DNA of 64,000 nucleotides from Candidatus Micrarchaeia archaeon (GTDB lineage: Archaea; Micrarchaeota; Micrarchaeia; Anstonellales; J096): assembly GCA_041500865.1 (NCBI GenBank), contig JBGQMY010000003.1, forward strand, positions 11,333-75,332, in the 5' to 3' direction. The notes beneath the pieces are model-generated. The model had not been told where the DNA came from and ran no database searches. It saw only the letters and a list, made by a program, of their open reading frames with translations. This document shows, in pieces, positions 36,795 to 46,824 of this stretch. Every line of letters starts with the position of its first letter. The first letter of the stretch is position 1. The translations under genes were made by a program, and so were the position numbers.

Positions 36795-38398
36795 GAATGC
36801 TGAAACTGGCGTTTGCGATTTGCCTGCTCGCCGGCGTTTCGCTGGCGCTGCAGTGGGGGGGAAGCGCGACCAGCAACGTAAGGTACGACGGCGGAAGCAT
36901 AGCGACTTCCTGCATTGGCGAGCCAAGGCAGGACCCGTTCGACCTTTACGCCAACATACTGCATACGCTAACGGTCAACGCAAGCCTGACGCAGAACGGC
37001 GTTGAGCCGGCCGAGTTTTCCTCAGGGCCGGCAAACCTGGACATAAGGGTGACGACGAACACCAGCATAGGCGCCATACTCGCGTCCTCATCGCTTAATT
37101 TCAACCAGAATGCGCAGCCTTCTCCTGCCGCAGCGAACCTTGCGTTTGACAATGCGGAATACAGCTACATAAGCAGCAAGTATCCGGTCTGCATAAACGA
37201 GGACCCCTCAAGGCCCGACGACAGGGGCGTGCATTACCTCAACTACATTTACGGCAGCGCAACGTGCAACCATGCAATGAGTGCCGCGGACGCAGTAACC
37301 GTCAATGTCGGATACAAGCCGTGCATGGCGGGGCCTGTCAGCGGCATGGGCAAGGGATACATGTACTGCACCGGCGGAACGCTCAAGGTCAATGGGCTGA
37401 ACGCAGGCACGTTTTCATCCAGCCAGCAGTCATTCAGCACGACGGTAAATCTCGCAACAGGCACGACATCCATTCCCGTGTCAGTCACATACCAGTGCTA
37501 CTTCGTTTTGGAAAAATACCTCAACACCGGGGACGTCCAGCCGATTGAACACCTGATATACCAGATGCCTGGCGGAGTGCCGATAACGCAGACTGTCAAC
37601 ATACCCATAAACAGGGTCAATCCGCCGCAAATCAACCTCGTGCCGTTCATAACGCTGAACAACACCAACTATTATACCGGGACGCATGTAACCGTAAACA
37701 AGGTCAATACGAAATTCGACATATCGTTCTTTGTCAACAGGACGGACAATCTCGTGCTGATAGAGACGCCATACCTGAACTGGTCAATAACGTCAACGCC
37801 GCCCGAGCTAATCACCAGGACATACAGGGACTTCAAGCTCGTCCCTCCGCTCACTGTAGGGACGCCGCACCATCTGGTTCCGTCAGGCACAACGCCGCCC
37901 ATAACAATAACGGTCTGCAGGCCAGGATTTGACACTGACACTATCACGCTGAACATCAACCAATGGAGGTCAATAATAGAGAGCAGCTACGACGACAACA
38001 GCATAACAATAACGTTTGACTGCAGCAGCCTGGACAATCCCATGTGCACGTTCAACCCAAGCACCCTGATAACGTATCCTGGCCAGACGAAGATGACGAA
38101 CATGAGCTGCTACGACAAGAGGACTATGGAGCCCATGGACTGCCCCTCATACAGCGATGCGTCAATAACCCACGCAAACGGGGAATTTTCGAGCCATTAC
38201 CTACCCCTGGCATGGACGTATGACATCAGCGAGAATGCGACCAACCTGGTCAATGTAACCGCAATAGGAGGCACGAACCCTGACGAGGGGACTTACAGCG
38301 ACACTGTCACGGCGACGTTCCCTGGCAGCTACGTCCAGCCGTTCAGTTGCAAATTCAACCTTGAATGGGGAAGGCCCGACTGCAGGTATTACATGTAG
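36791..38398 (+). CDS. Secreted Thr/Asn/Cys-rich beta protein
   Basis: Signal peptide (GVSLA|LQ); 4-nt overlap with the giant gene. Confidence 0.8.
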   Translation: MRMLKLAFAICLLAGVSLALQWGGSATSNVRYDGGSIATSCIGEPRQDPFDLYANILHTLTVNASLTQNGVEPAEFSSGPANLDIRVTTNTSIGAILASSSLNFNQNAQPSPAAANLAFDNAEYSYISSKYPVCINEDPSRPDDRGVHYLNYIYGSATCNHAMSAADAVTVNVGYKPCMAGPVSGMGKGYMYCTGGTLKVNGLNAGTFSSSQQSFSTTVNLATGTTSIPVSVTYQCYFVLEKYLNTGDVQPIEHLIYQMPGGVPITQTVNIPINRVNPPQINLVPFITLNNTNYYTGTHVTVNKVNTKFDISFFVNRTDNLVLIETPYLNWSITSTPPELITRTYRDFKLVPPLTVGTPHHLVPSGTTPPITITVCRPGFDTDTITLNINQWRSIIESSYDDNSITITFDCSSLDNPMCTFNPSTLITYPGQTKMTNMSCYDKRTMEPMDCPSYSDASITHANGEFSSHYLPLAWTYDISENATNLVNVTAIGGTNPDEGTYSDTVTATFPGSYVQPFSCKFNLEWGRPDCRYYM

Positions 38399-38859
38399 TC
38401 TGTTATTGAGCAGAACGCATCCCTGCTCTTGCCGAGCAGGAAAACCCTTTTTTTCATCCTGTTGGCCTTTTTCATCACGCTTTCGCTTGAGGTAAGTATG
38501 TCCCTGAAGCCCGGATACTTTTCCAAATCGGCTTCATTGTCCGCCTTCAGGAGGCTGAACTTTGGATTGAAATTCTCCGGGACATTGGGCGGGATGAACG
38601 CAACCCGCACGTCCATTGCATATAGCTTGTCAAGGAAGCGGATTTTCGGCATCTCTACCTGGATGAACAGCATCCGCGTGAGCGCGTCGTATATGTCAAG
38701 GTTCTTGCTGACGCCCTTTTCAAGGTCCTTGTCAATTATATGCAGCAAATCCGCGTCTATGCTCCGCGCGACCTCTATGGCAGGGCCGACCTTCCTCAGC
38801 GAGCTGTTGAAAAACGAGTAGAACGACTTGCCCCTGAGGCAGAGCCTGTAGCCTTTCAA
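38389..38859 (-). CDS. Degenerate HisA/HisF-like half-barrel protein
   Basis: PAIEVA..LLHIIDKD..GVSKN..IQVE resembles the HisA N-half; coupled to hisS. Confidence 0.45.
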   Translation of the reverse strand: MKGYRLCLRGKSFYSFFNSSLRKVGPAIEVARSIDADLLHIIDKDLEKGVSKNLDIYDALTRMLFIQVEMPKIRFLDKLYAMDVRVAFIPPNVPENFNPKFSLLKADNEADLEKYPGFRDILTSSESVMKKANRMKKRVFLLGKSRDAFCSITDYM

Positions 38860-40079
38860 GACAGCTTCCCCCCTAGCTTGGAGATTGGAACTGCCTCTTC
38901 CTTGCCGCTCTTCATGTCCCTTAAAACGGCCTTGCCTTCGGCATACTCCTTAGGCCCGACAATCACGATGAACGGCATCGCCATCTTGTTGGCATAGTCC
39001 AGCTGCGCAGAAAGCGACCTTTTTGAATAGTTCATGTCTGCATTGATTCCTGCCTTCCTTAATGCCGAGGCCACTTCAAACGCCTCCTTTTCCATGTCCT
39101 TGACCCAGGCGACGTATGCCTTTGCATACGTTTTGACTGAAGGCGGCTGCTCCTTTCTCAAAAGATAGTAAAGCCTCTCAAACCCGAAGCTTATGCCTGC
39201 AGCGCAGTCCGGCTGGCCATACATGCCAAGCAGGCTGTCATACCTTCCGCCTGCGCAAACAGTGCCGATTTCCTCGCTGAGCTTGAGCTCGTAGATGGGG
39301 CCTGTGTAATAATCAAGGCCTCTGACAAGATATGGCTTTATCTCGGCGTTATTGAAACGTTCAAGGATGTACTCCAGCTCCTTCGCGCCTTCCTCGCTGA
39401 ACTTGGAGAGGTAGGACAAAAGCTTCTTATTGTCGCCCTCCACGAAAACGTCGGAAACGATTTCCTTTGCCTTTTCCTTGCCAAACGCCTTGGAAAGGTC
39501 CGAAAGCACGCCATCCTTTCCGGTCCTGTCGTACTTGTCTATTATCCTCAGCGCGGAATCCCTGTCCACGTTCCATTTTGCAGCCATGCCTTCCAGTATC
39601 TTCCTGCTGTTCAGCCAGAATTTCGCCTCTGAAACGTCAAACCCTGTTGCCTTCAATCCCTCAACCGCGAGGCTGAGAAGCTCCACTTCCGCTGACTGCT
39701 CCTTCACGCCTATGATGTCGCAGTCTGCCTGCACGAATTCGCGGTACCTTGCCTTCTGCGGCTCCTCGTTGCGCCATACCGTGCCTATCGCATAACGCTT
39801 GAAAGGCTTGTAAAGCGAAAGGTTGGATGCGGCATAGCGCGCAAGCGGAACGGTCAGGTCGAACCTCAGGCCGATGTTTTCTCCCTCAATCTTGAAAATT
39901 TCCTCCTTCACGGCCTCCCCGCTTTTTTTCGTCAGCGTGGAAAGGAATTCCATGGAGCCTGTTTCTGCAGGGTAGAACCCGTATTTCCTGAACACGGCCC
40001 TGAGGCTGTCTGCCATTTTTTCCCTTTGCATGCTTTCCTCCACAGTGAAATCCCTTATGCCTGTCGGGGTCTGCTCCAT
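38856..40079 (-). CDS. hisS: Histidine-tRNA ligase
   Basis: LRFDLTVPLARY, YREFVQAD, VRGLDYYTG, GGRYD, GFERL. Confidence 0.97.
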   Translation of the reverse strand: MEQTPTGIRDFTVEESMQREKMADSLRAVFRKYGFYPAETGSMEFLSTLTKKSGEAVKEEIFKIEGENIGLRFDLTVPLARYAASNLSLYKPFKRYAIGTVWRNEEPQKARYREFVQADCDIIGVKEQSAEVELLSLAVEGLKATGFDVSEAKFWLNSRKILEGMAAKWNVDRDSALRIIDKYDRTGKDGVLSDLSKAFGKEKAKEIVSDVFVEGDNKKLLSYLSKFSEEGAKELEYILERFNNAEIKPYLVRGLDYYTGPIYELKLSEEIGTVCAGGRYDSLLGMYGQPDCAAGISFGFERLYYLLRKEQPPSVKTYAKAYVAWVKDMEKEAFEVASALRKAGINADMNYSKRSLSAQLDYANKMAMPFIVIVGPKEYAEGKAVLRDMKSGKEEAVPISKLGGKLS

Positions 40080-40127
40080 GAGACAGAAGAAAGCAGGAAG
40101 AGTATAAAAGATTAGCGTTTTTGCGCG

Positions 40128-41438
40128 TCAGAGGGAGTTTATCTTTCTGCTGAACTCCATCATCCTGGGGTCGCCGAGCAGGAACCCCTTCTTCAGCTCT
40201 GCCTTGATTGCCCTGAGGAACATTTTCGCCCCTGCCCTGTCCCTCCTTTTCTTTGCAAGCTCATAAGCCCTTTTTGTTATGGACTCGAAGTCCAGCGCTG
40301 GCGTTATCCTGTACATTGAGTTGCTGAGCAGGACCTTCCTTGCCGTCTTTAGCGCCTTTTTCTCCCTGCCATTGTCGGCTATCCTGAGATAGAGCGCGCG
40401 GGCGCCGGCTCCCAGGCCCAGCAAACCGATTACTGCAATGATTCCGTATGTTGCGTACCTGATTATCTTCTTTTCCGTAGCCAAGAACTTTGCAAACCCT
40501 GAAGGCTCGGCATTCTTCGCAGGCTCTGCGGCTGCGACTGTTTGCTGGGCGGCATGGACGTGCCTTATTATTGATGCCGCATGATGCTCATGATGCTTCT
40601 TTTTGGCTTCCTTTATGATTTTTGTTATTTTTGCGGCTGCGGCATGCACCGGCCTTGGCTTCGGCTTGGCAGCAAAGGCGGGCTTGCTCGCCCTTGGCTG
40701 AGTCACCCTTGTGTTATCTGTCGGCAGGTTCTGCTTTGCAACTGCAGGCGCCTTTGGCTCTGCAATTGCAGGCTTTTGCGGAACTGCCGTCATGGAGCCG
40801 TTCCAAACGTGTTGCGTGTCGTTTGCAGTCGTGGTTGCAGGTTCTGCAGCCTGTGCGCCTGTACCTGAGCCGCAGTACTTGTCGTATGTGTTTTCAAGGC
40901 CGTCCATGACAACGAAAACCGAATTCGGGATGGACCTCAGGTTTGCGCTGGTCGAATCGCCGTTCACGTAGACCATATGAAGGACGAGGGTGCCGGGCGA
41001 AACGACCGGAACGCCCTTTCCCTTTATCTCGCCCACAACGTCACCAAGCAGAAGCAGGGACCTGCGGTTGAGGCCCTTTGCGCTGAAATAATCGTTTACC
41101 ACGTCGTTTATCTGCGACGCATCGGTTGAATTGGAGAAAAGCCAGAGCAGGTTGTCCCTTGCCTTTGCCTCCCTTGCGGTGGGCTTTTGTATGCCAACGT
41201 CGCTGAAGATGGAGTCCACTGACCAGGTCCTTTCTGACTCTGATTTGGAGAAAAGCGAGGAAACGAGCTCCGCCTTGGACGTTGTGTCCGCAAGCGGCTC
41301 GGCAAAGGAAATGCTTTTTCCTATTGTCGGGCTTAGCGCAACAGCCATGCCGGTTGCTATGATTACTGATATCGGCACTCTTTTTTGGGCATATTTGCTA
41401 GCAGTGTTGTTTCTCCATACGCCTTCTGCCTTTACCAT
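40128..41438 (-). CDS. Membrane-anchored hypothetical protein
   Basis: N-terminal hydrophobic segment, Pro/Ala linker, TM, C-terminal domain shared with 41507-42265. Confidence 0.75.
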   Translation of the reverse strand: MVKAEGVWRNNTASKYAQKRVPISVIIATGMAVALSPTIGKSISFAEPLADTTSKAELVSSLFSKSESERTWSVDSIFSDVGIQKPTAREAKARDNLLWLFSNSTDASQINDVVNDYFSAKGLNRRSLLLLGDVVGEIKGKGVPVVSPGTLVLHMVYVNGDSTSANLRSIPNSVFVVMDGLENTYDKYCGSGTGAQAAEPATTTANDTQHVWNGSMTAVPQKPAIAEPKAPAVAKQNLPTDNTRVTQPRASKPAFAAKPKPRPVHAAAAKITKIIKEAKKKHHEHHAASIIRHVHAAQQTVAAAEPAKNAEPSGFAKFLATEKKIIRYATYGIIAVIGLLGLGAGARALYLRIADNGREKKALKTARKVLLSNSMYRITPALDFESITKRAYELAKKRRDRAGAKMFLRAIKAELKKGFLLGDPRMMEFSRKINSL

Positions 41439-41506
41439 ATTTATCCACTATTATATACACAAAAAGAGTTTTTAAACCTATCTGCCTGTCCCGCCATTTA
41501 AAAGGC

Positions 41507-42265
41507 TCAGACGGACTTCAGCCCGGCATAAAAGTCCCTCATCCGAGGGTCATAAGTGCCGAATGCCGTGGTAAGCTCCTTTTCAACGTCCATGAGGAAT
41601 GACCTGGCTTCCTTCCTGTTTTTCACTGTCCTGGCTATCGCAATGGCCCTGGCTGTTATCGCTTCAACAGTGAGCCCCGGCTTTTTCTTGGACGGAACGG
41701 CGATCAGCTTCTGGGACATGATGACATGCCTTGCCCTCCTGAGCGCGATGTTCTCCTTGAAGCGCCTTACTATGCCCTCGAACCTTGTCTTGGACCTTGG
41801 CTTGGCACGCCTTGGCTTCTTCCGCCTGGATATTGCATATGCCGCGGCTGCAGCCCCTATAATCCCCGTGCCTGCAAGGATGCCCTTCCATGGCAGTTTC
41901 TTGGCAGGCTTTTTCCCATGCCCGGCATCATTTGAGATGGCAAGCGCGTCTCCAAGTTCATTGCTCTTTTCAGCCTTGGCGGCCATATGCATTGCCCTGG
42001 CACATCTGCATTTGGCATGCGCCTTGGCCTTGGCCAGCCCCCCTGGGCTCTTTTGTTCCTCCTTGTTTTTGCCCAAGACCTTTTTTGGGATGGCCTGCGC
42101 TGAGGAATAGCTGGAATCGTGCATCGGGCTCTGTTTTGCCGCATATGCGCATCCGCTTATGGATGACCCGAATGCCAGCGCAAGCGTAGCGGCCAATGCA
42201 AGCGGAAAATTGATTTTCCTGGCCTGTGTTTTGGCATACGTTTTAGCATCAATTTTATTAGCCAT
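41507..42265 (-). CDS. Membrane-anchored hypothetical protein (paralog of 40128-41438)
   Basis: Shared C-terminus ITxRA...FL....EL...F...DPRM..F. Confidence 0.75.
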   Translation of the reverse strand: MANKIDAKTYAKTQARKINFPLALAATLALAFGSSISGCAYAAKQSPMHDSSYSSAQAIPKKVLGKNKEEQKSPGGLAKAKAHAKCRCARAMHMAAKAEKSNELGDALAISNDAGHGKKPAKKLPWKGILAGTGIIGAAAAAYAISRRKKPRRAKPRSKTRFEGIVRRFKENIALRRARHVIMSQKLIAVPSKKKPGLTVEAITARAIAIARTVKNRKEARSFLMDVEKELTTAFGTYDPRMRDFYAGLKSV

Positions 42266-42303
42266 GTTTATCCATTAATATGTACCTAAAACACTTTTTA
42301 AAC

Positions 42304-43065
42304 CTATTCCTGAAGCCAGATGGGCTTTCCGTCCTTCATATCTATGGACGCGGCCTGGCTTGCAAAAAGATTAATCATGTCCGGGCTGTTGATTTGCCTG
42401 GCATAGCCAAGCGCATCCATGCCTGCCTTGTCTATTGCCTTGGCATCAGCGCCCTTGCTTACCAGGAAAGCGCATGTTTCGCTGAATCCCCTCATTGCTG
42501 CCCAGATGAGCGCGGTCCTGCCCCATACAGTATCACTTGCGTTTATGCTTGCGCCATTTTCAATAAGCAGGCTGCATACGCCAATCCTGCCCAGGTATGC
42601 CGCCCACATGAGCGGGGTCCTGCCTGACTTGTCTGTTGCATTGACGCTTGCGCCTTTCTTTATCAGGAGTGCACAGGTGCTGGCTCTCCCACGGTATGCT
42701 GATTCCATGAGCGGGGTGATGCCATTCACGTCAGTCGTTTCCATGTCCGCGCCATTTTCCAGCAGGAATGCGCATATCCTTTTGTTGCCTGCGCCCGCAG
42801 ACCCCATGAGCGCGGTTTTGCCGCATTCGCTCTTTGCATTGACGTCCGCGCCAGCCTTGATGAGCCGCAGGATTTCTTCTGCATTTTTCGAGCCCTGCCA
42901 TTGGAATTTTGCGTTCCATGCCGCATTGAGGAGTTTTTTGTCCAGTTCCTCCTGCAGGTCAGTGCGGAGCTTGCTTGGTTTGTCTGGCTCAGGCTTCATC
43001 TTTTTGTCAAAAGGCGGCTTTCTGTTAGTTGCACTGCGCCTTTGTTTCTCCGTTTTCTGCGCCAT
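42304..43065 (-). CDS. Ankyrin-repeat protein
   Basis: Five GxTPLMxAA-type repeats; basic N-terminal extension. Confidence 0.9.
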   Translation of the reverse strand: MAQKTEKQRRSATNRKPPFDKKMKPEPDKPSKLRTDLQEELDKKLLNAAWNAKFQWQGSKNAEEILRLIKAGADVNAKSECGKTALMGSAGAGNKRICAFLLENGADMETTDVNGITPLMESAYRGRASTCALLIKKGASVNATDKSGRTPLMWAAYLGRIGVCSLLIENGASINASDTVWGRTALIWAAMRGFSETCAFLVSKGADAKAIDKAGMDALGYARQINSPDMINLFASQAASIDMKDGKPIWLQE

Positions 43066-43097
43066 GTGTCCGTTTATGTTAGAAAAAGATTAAAAGG

Positions 43098-43847
43098 TTA
43101 TGCGGGGCCCGGCGACTGCCGCAAGCTGGCAATATAGGGCTTTCTTTTGGCCGGACCCATGGACGCGGCGCGCCTAAGCAGGTCAACCGTGCCTGTATGC
43201 TCGTTTTCCTGTGCCCATACGTATGCGGTCATGCCCCCATTGTCCTTTATGCTGATGTCTGCGCCTTTTTCAAGCAGCAGCATTGCCGTTTCCCTGTATC
43301 CGATTTCAGCGGCATATGTAAGCGCGGTCCTGCCGAAGTTGTCCCTTGCATCCACGTTTGCGCCTTTCCCAATCAGCAATGCGCAAATGCCGGCCTGTCC
43401 GCCAAATGCCGCATGCATCAGTGCAGTCCTTTCAAGGCTGTCTGTTGCGTCCACGATTGCGCCTTTCCCAATCAGCAGGGCGCATATGGCCATCAGCCCT
43501 GACGATGCGGCGTGCATGAGGGCAGTTCCGCCGACGTTGTCCTTTGCATCGATGGCTGCCGCGTTGTCAATCAGCATTATGCATGTCTCGGCATGCCTCC
43601 GCTGTGCGGAAAGCATCAGCGCGGTCATGCCCCTGCCGTCTACTGCATCTGCCTGCGCGCCCTGTTCCAGCAGCATTTTGGCCTTGCCTGTCTCGCCGTC
43701 CATGGCCGCCTGCAGAAGTTCCAAGCCCAGCCTTTTCTGCCGCCTGTTGGCGGGCCTCTTGCACCCATCCGCCTCTGGCTTGAAAAATGCCCTTTCCGGC
43801 TTTTTTTCGCTTTTTGGGATTCCGAATTTACCCAATGTGAGGAGCAT
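43098..43847 (-). CDS. Ankyrin-repeat protein
   Basis: Five GxTALMHAA-type repeats; basic N-terminal extension. Confidence 0.9.
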   Translation of the reverse strand: MLLTLGKFGIPKSEKKPERAFFKPEADGCKRPANRRQKRLGLELLQAAMDGETGKAKMLLEQGAQADAVDGRGMTALMLSAQRRHAETCIMLIDNAAAIDAKDNVGGTALMHAASSGLMAICALLIGKGAIVDATDSLERTALMHAAFGGQAGICALLIGKGANVDARDNFGRTALTYAAEIGYRETAMLLLEKGADISIKDNGGMTAYVWAQENEHTGTVDLLRRAASMGPAKRKPYIASLRQSPGPA

Positions 43848-43928
43848 GTGTCTGTTTATGCATAAAAAGGATTAAAAGGTTATGCCGGGCCTGGCGGTTG
43901 CCGCAAGCTGGCAAGATAGGACTTTCTT

Positions 43929-45002
43929 TTATCTGGTTGCCCACTTATAGATTTCAACGCCCAGGAGAAACTGAGGCGTTGCGCCGCTGCTATCTATCGC
44001 GTTTTCGTCCGCCCCATTTTTCACAAGGAATTTGTATACTTTCCTGTTCATTCCAAAAACGGTTTCTGCGGCATAGTGCAGTGCTGTCCTGCCTTCCTTG
44101 TCGCCCATATCAATAAACTTTTTCACATTCCCGCCGGCTTCAGCATATTTTTGTATGAGGAGGTTGCAGATTAAAGTCCTGCCTGGCAACGCAGGAATGG
44201 CTGCGGCATGGTGCAGGGATGTCCGGCCGTCATTGCTTTTTGCGGCAATCAGCTTCTTTATGTCCCCTCCGGATTTTGCGTATTCTTTTATAAGAAACGC
44301 GCAGGTTTTTATGCTTCCGTAAGCTGCGGCATACATGAGCGGGGTGTTGCCGCAGTTGTCCGCTGCGTTCAGGTCGGCGCCATTTTCAACCAGAATCTCG
44401 CAGGTTTCTGTGTACCCGTAGCATGTTGATGCTGCAGTTATGAGCGCGGTTTCACCGTATTCGTTTCTCGCATTCACGTCAGCGCCGTTATCAATCAGCA
44501 GATTGCATGTCTCGGGATTACGGGCTGCAGCATATATGAGCGGAGTGTTGCCGAACTTGTCCCTTGCGTCCACATCCGCCCCGGCTTTCAGAAAAGTCTC
44601 AATCCCTGCAGAGTCACAAAAAAATGTGTTGGTTATAGCCTCATCAAGAAGCATGCTGTCCAACCGCGCCTGTTCCATCTTGGAAATCGCCGGTTTCGCA
44701 TCTGCTGCGGCCTTCCTTTGGCTTTTGTTTTTCTTGGAATAGCAATTCAGGACTTTTATGCAGTTTGCCAATTTTCTCTGCGCCATTTCCAAGCTAATGT
44801 CATTCCAGCAGCCTCCGCACGCCAGCGCGGCTGCGAGAATTCCGGGCATTACCCACGCCGGAATGCGGATTCCGATTTTTTTATTGGCGGCTGTTGGGTT
44901 ATCGGCTGCGTCCTTTGCCTTTCTCGTTATCATGCATATTTGATTTTCGCTGTTTTTTGCGCCATCCGCTGCCTTTGCCAAAAACGGCTTTTCTGCTGCC
45001 AT
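43929..45002 (-). CDS. Ankyrin-repeat protein with hydrophobic segment ending in Cys
   Basis: GILAAALACGGC; GNTPLIYAA-type repeats. Confidence 0.88.
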   Translation of the reverse strand: MAAEKPFLAKAADGAKNSENQICMITRKAKDAADNPTAANKKIGIRIPAWVMPGILAAALACGGCWNDISLEMAQRKLANCIKVLNCYSKKNKSQRKAAADAKPAISKMEQARLDSMLLDEAITNTFFCDSAGIETFLKAGADVDARDKFGNTPLIYAAARNPETCNLLIDNGADVNARNEYGETALITAASTCYGYTETCEILVENGADLNAADNCGNTPLMYAAAYGSIKTCAFLIKEYAKSGGDIKKLIAAKSNDGRTSLHHAAAIPALPGRTLICNLLIQKYAEAGGNVKKFIDMGDKEGRTALHYAAETVFGMNRKVYKFLVKNGADENAIDSSGATPQFLLGVEIYKWATR

Positions 45003-45196
45003 GCCTATAATATCAATATATCATTTTTAAAACACGCATATTCGCTAATTTACACCACAACGAAATCGCGGCTATTGCCGCCCTTTCTGCTCATTATCTG
45101 ATATTTAAGAGCGTTTGCATGCATCTTATGGAAAAGAATATCCATTGCCAAAATCCGGTGGGGGGTTGCCAGTTTGCGGTCGGGATGGGCCAAGGG

Positions 45197-46141
45197 CTAT
45201 GCCGGGCCTGCGGCTTTCGCGCCCTCCAGCTCGCGCCTGGACTTCCAGAAGAAGAACCCTATGCAAGCGAATGTGACAATCGGGGATATATACTCGGGTA
45301 TAGCCATGCCGAACGCCCCCAGCAGCATGACCAGGCCAAGGAAGAATATGGAGTACATGGCCCCGTTCTTGAGGAACACGTATTTTTTGACGTTCTCTAT
45401 GTTCCTTATCGTTATGGTCCTTACGATTATGGCGCCCAGGCCGTTCCCTATCAGTATCAGGGGTATGAAAAATGTGAATGCGAACGCGCCGATAACCCCG
45501 TCTATGGAGAACGTCGCGTCAATGACCTCCAGATAGAGCAGCTTGCTTATGTCGCCCATGCTGGAATCGGCGCTGCCGTCCATCATCTCCTTTTCCCTGG
45601 CCTCGGCGCTCTGCCTGAAGCCGTGCGTTATGAAGAACGCAGTGGAGCCTGCAACTGCCGCAAAGGCCATGAGCGGCTCCCTGTTTATCGCGAACCATGT
45701 TATGGCCAGCAGGATAACGGAAATGGCCGCATAGAACCAAATGCCCTTGCCGTAGAAGAACCGCTCGCCTGCAAGCCCGAATTTTTTCGGTTCAAGGAAC
45801 AGCCAGTGGAAAAACAGGAAAATCAGGAACACGCCGCCTGCGGAAAGCAGCAGGGGCGCGCTTTTTTCCATTGCGTCCCTTACGCTTCCGCTGTCGCTGA
45901 ACATCGCCATGGCAAGGTCATAGAGGCTGAGGCCGGGATTCGCCGCCCAAAGTATGGCGACCGGAAGCGCGAACCTTACGACCACAACCGCGATTATTAT
46001 CCCGTAAAAGAGGAACCAGCGCCTCGCCCTTTCGCTTGTCTTGGAAAGGACCTCCGCGTTTATCACTGCGTTGTCGATGCTGCTTATGGACTCGAAGAGC
46101 GCAAGCCCGAGTATGGTAAGGAATATCAGCAGCAAGTCCAC
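45197..46141 (-). CDS. TerC-like (DUF475) membrane protein
   Basis: ESISSIDNAVINA and LEVIDATFSIDGVIGAFA. Confidence 0.88.
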   Translation of the reverse strand: MDLLLIFLTILGLALFESISSIDNAVINAEVLSKTSERARRWFLFYGIIIAVVVVRFALPVAILWAANPGLSLYDLAMAMFSDSGSVRDAMEKSAPLLLSAGGVFLIFLFFHWLFLEPKKFGLAGERFFYGKGIWFYAAISVILLAITWFAINREPLMAFAAVAGSTAFFITHGFRQSAEAREKEMMDGSADSSMGDISKLLYLEVIDATFSIDGVIGAFAFTFFIPLILIGNGLGAIIVRTITIRNIENVKKYVFLKNGAMYSIFFLGLVMLLGAFGMAIPEYISPIVTFACIGFFFWKSRRELEGAKAAGPA

Positions 46142-46182
46142 GGAGGGCTATGCCATGCAAGGTTTAAAAACATGAAAGAAGA

Positions 46183-46824
46183 ATGGCATCCATGGACTTC
46201 GTTGTTAAGAAAACCATGGCCCCGGAATTCGGAAAGGAGACGCTGGAGGACGCGGACAGCATATCCAGGGGATTGGACTACGACGACGACATCGGGATGG
46301 TCAGATACGTTGACGGAAGGAAGATAGGCGTGTATTTCGTGCCGTTCTCGCTCTACCTTGCGCTCAAGCGGCACGGCATGCCGGCAAGGCAGTTCGGCGT
46401 CATCGGGCTGGTGCAAAAGGGCGAAAGGTACGTGATGACGGTACAGGCAAGGAGGACGGTGGAGCCAAGGGGTATCGGCAGGGTCCTGGACGTTCCGGAA
46501 AGGAAAGGCCTCAGCTTCCAGGGCTTCGCATCCGAGTGGGAGGAAAATCCAATTGAGGCCGCATATGCGGAGCTGGAGGAGGAGCTCGGGCTGGAGGGCG
46601 ACGACGTCACTGAAGCCAGAAGTGAATTGATAATGAAGGACGACGAGGTGCTCCTTGCCGTGCTTTTCAGGACCGAGCTGGAGGAGGGCGTGATGCGCAG
46701 GCTCAGGTCCCTTGCCGTTGACAGCTGGGAGGCAAAGGAGGTTATGCTGATGACAAAGGCGGATGCAAGGGAGTTTATCAAGGACAGCCCCCTGCTCGCG
46801 GTGTTTGACAGGCTGGTATCATGA
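46183..46824 (+). CDS. NUDIX-like hypothetical protein
   Basis: EAAYAELEEELGL partial Nudix box. Confidence 0.55.
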   Translation: MASMDFVVKKTMAPEFGKETLEDADSISRGLDYDDDIGMVRYVDGRKIGVYFVPFSLYLALKRHGMPARQFGVIGLVQKGERYVMTVQARRTVEPRGIGRVLDVPERKGLSFQGFASEWEENPIEAAYAELEEELGLEGDDVTEARSELIMKDDEVLLAVLFRTELEEGVMRRLRSLAVDSWEAKEVMLMTKADAREFIKDSPLLAVFDRLVS

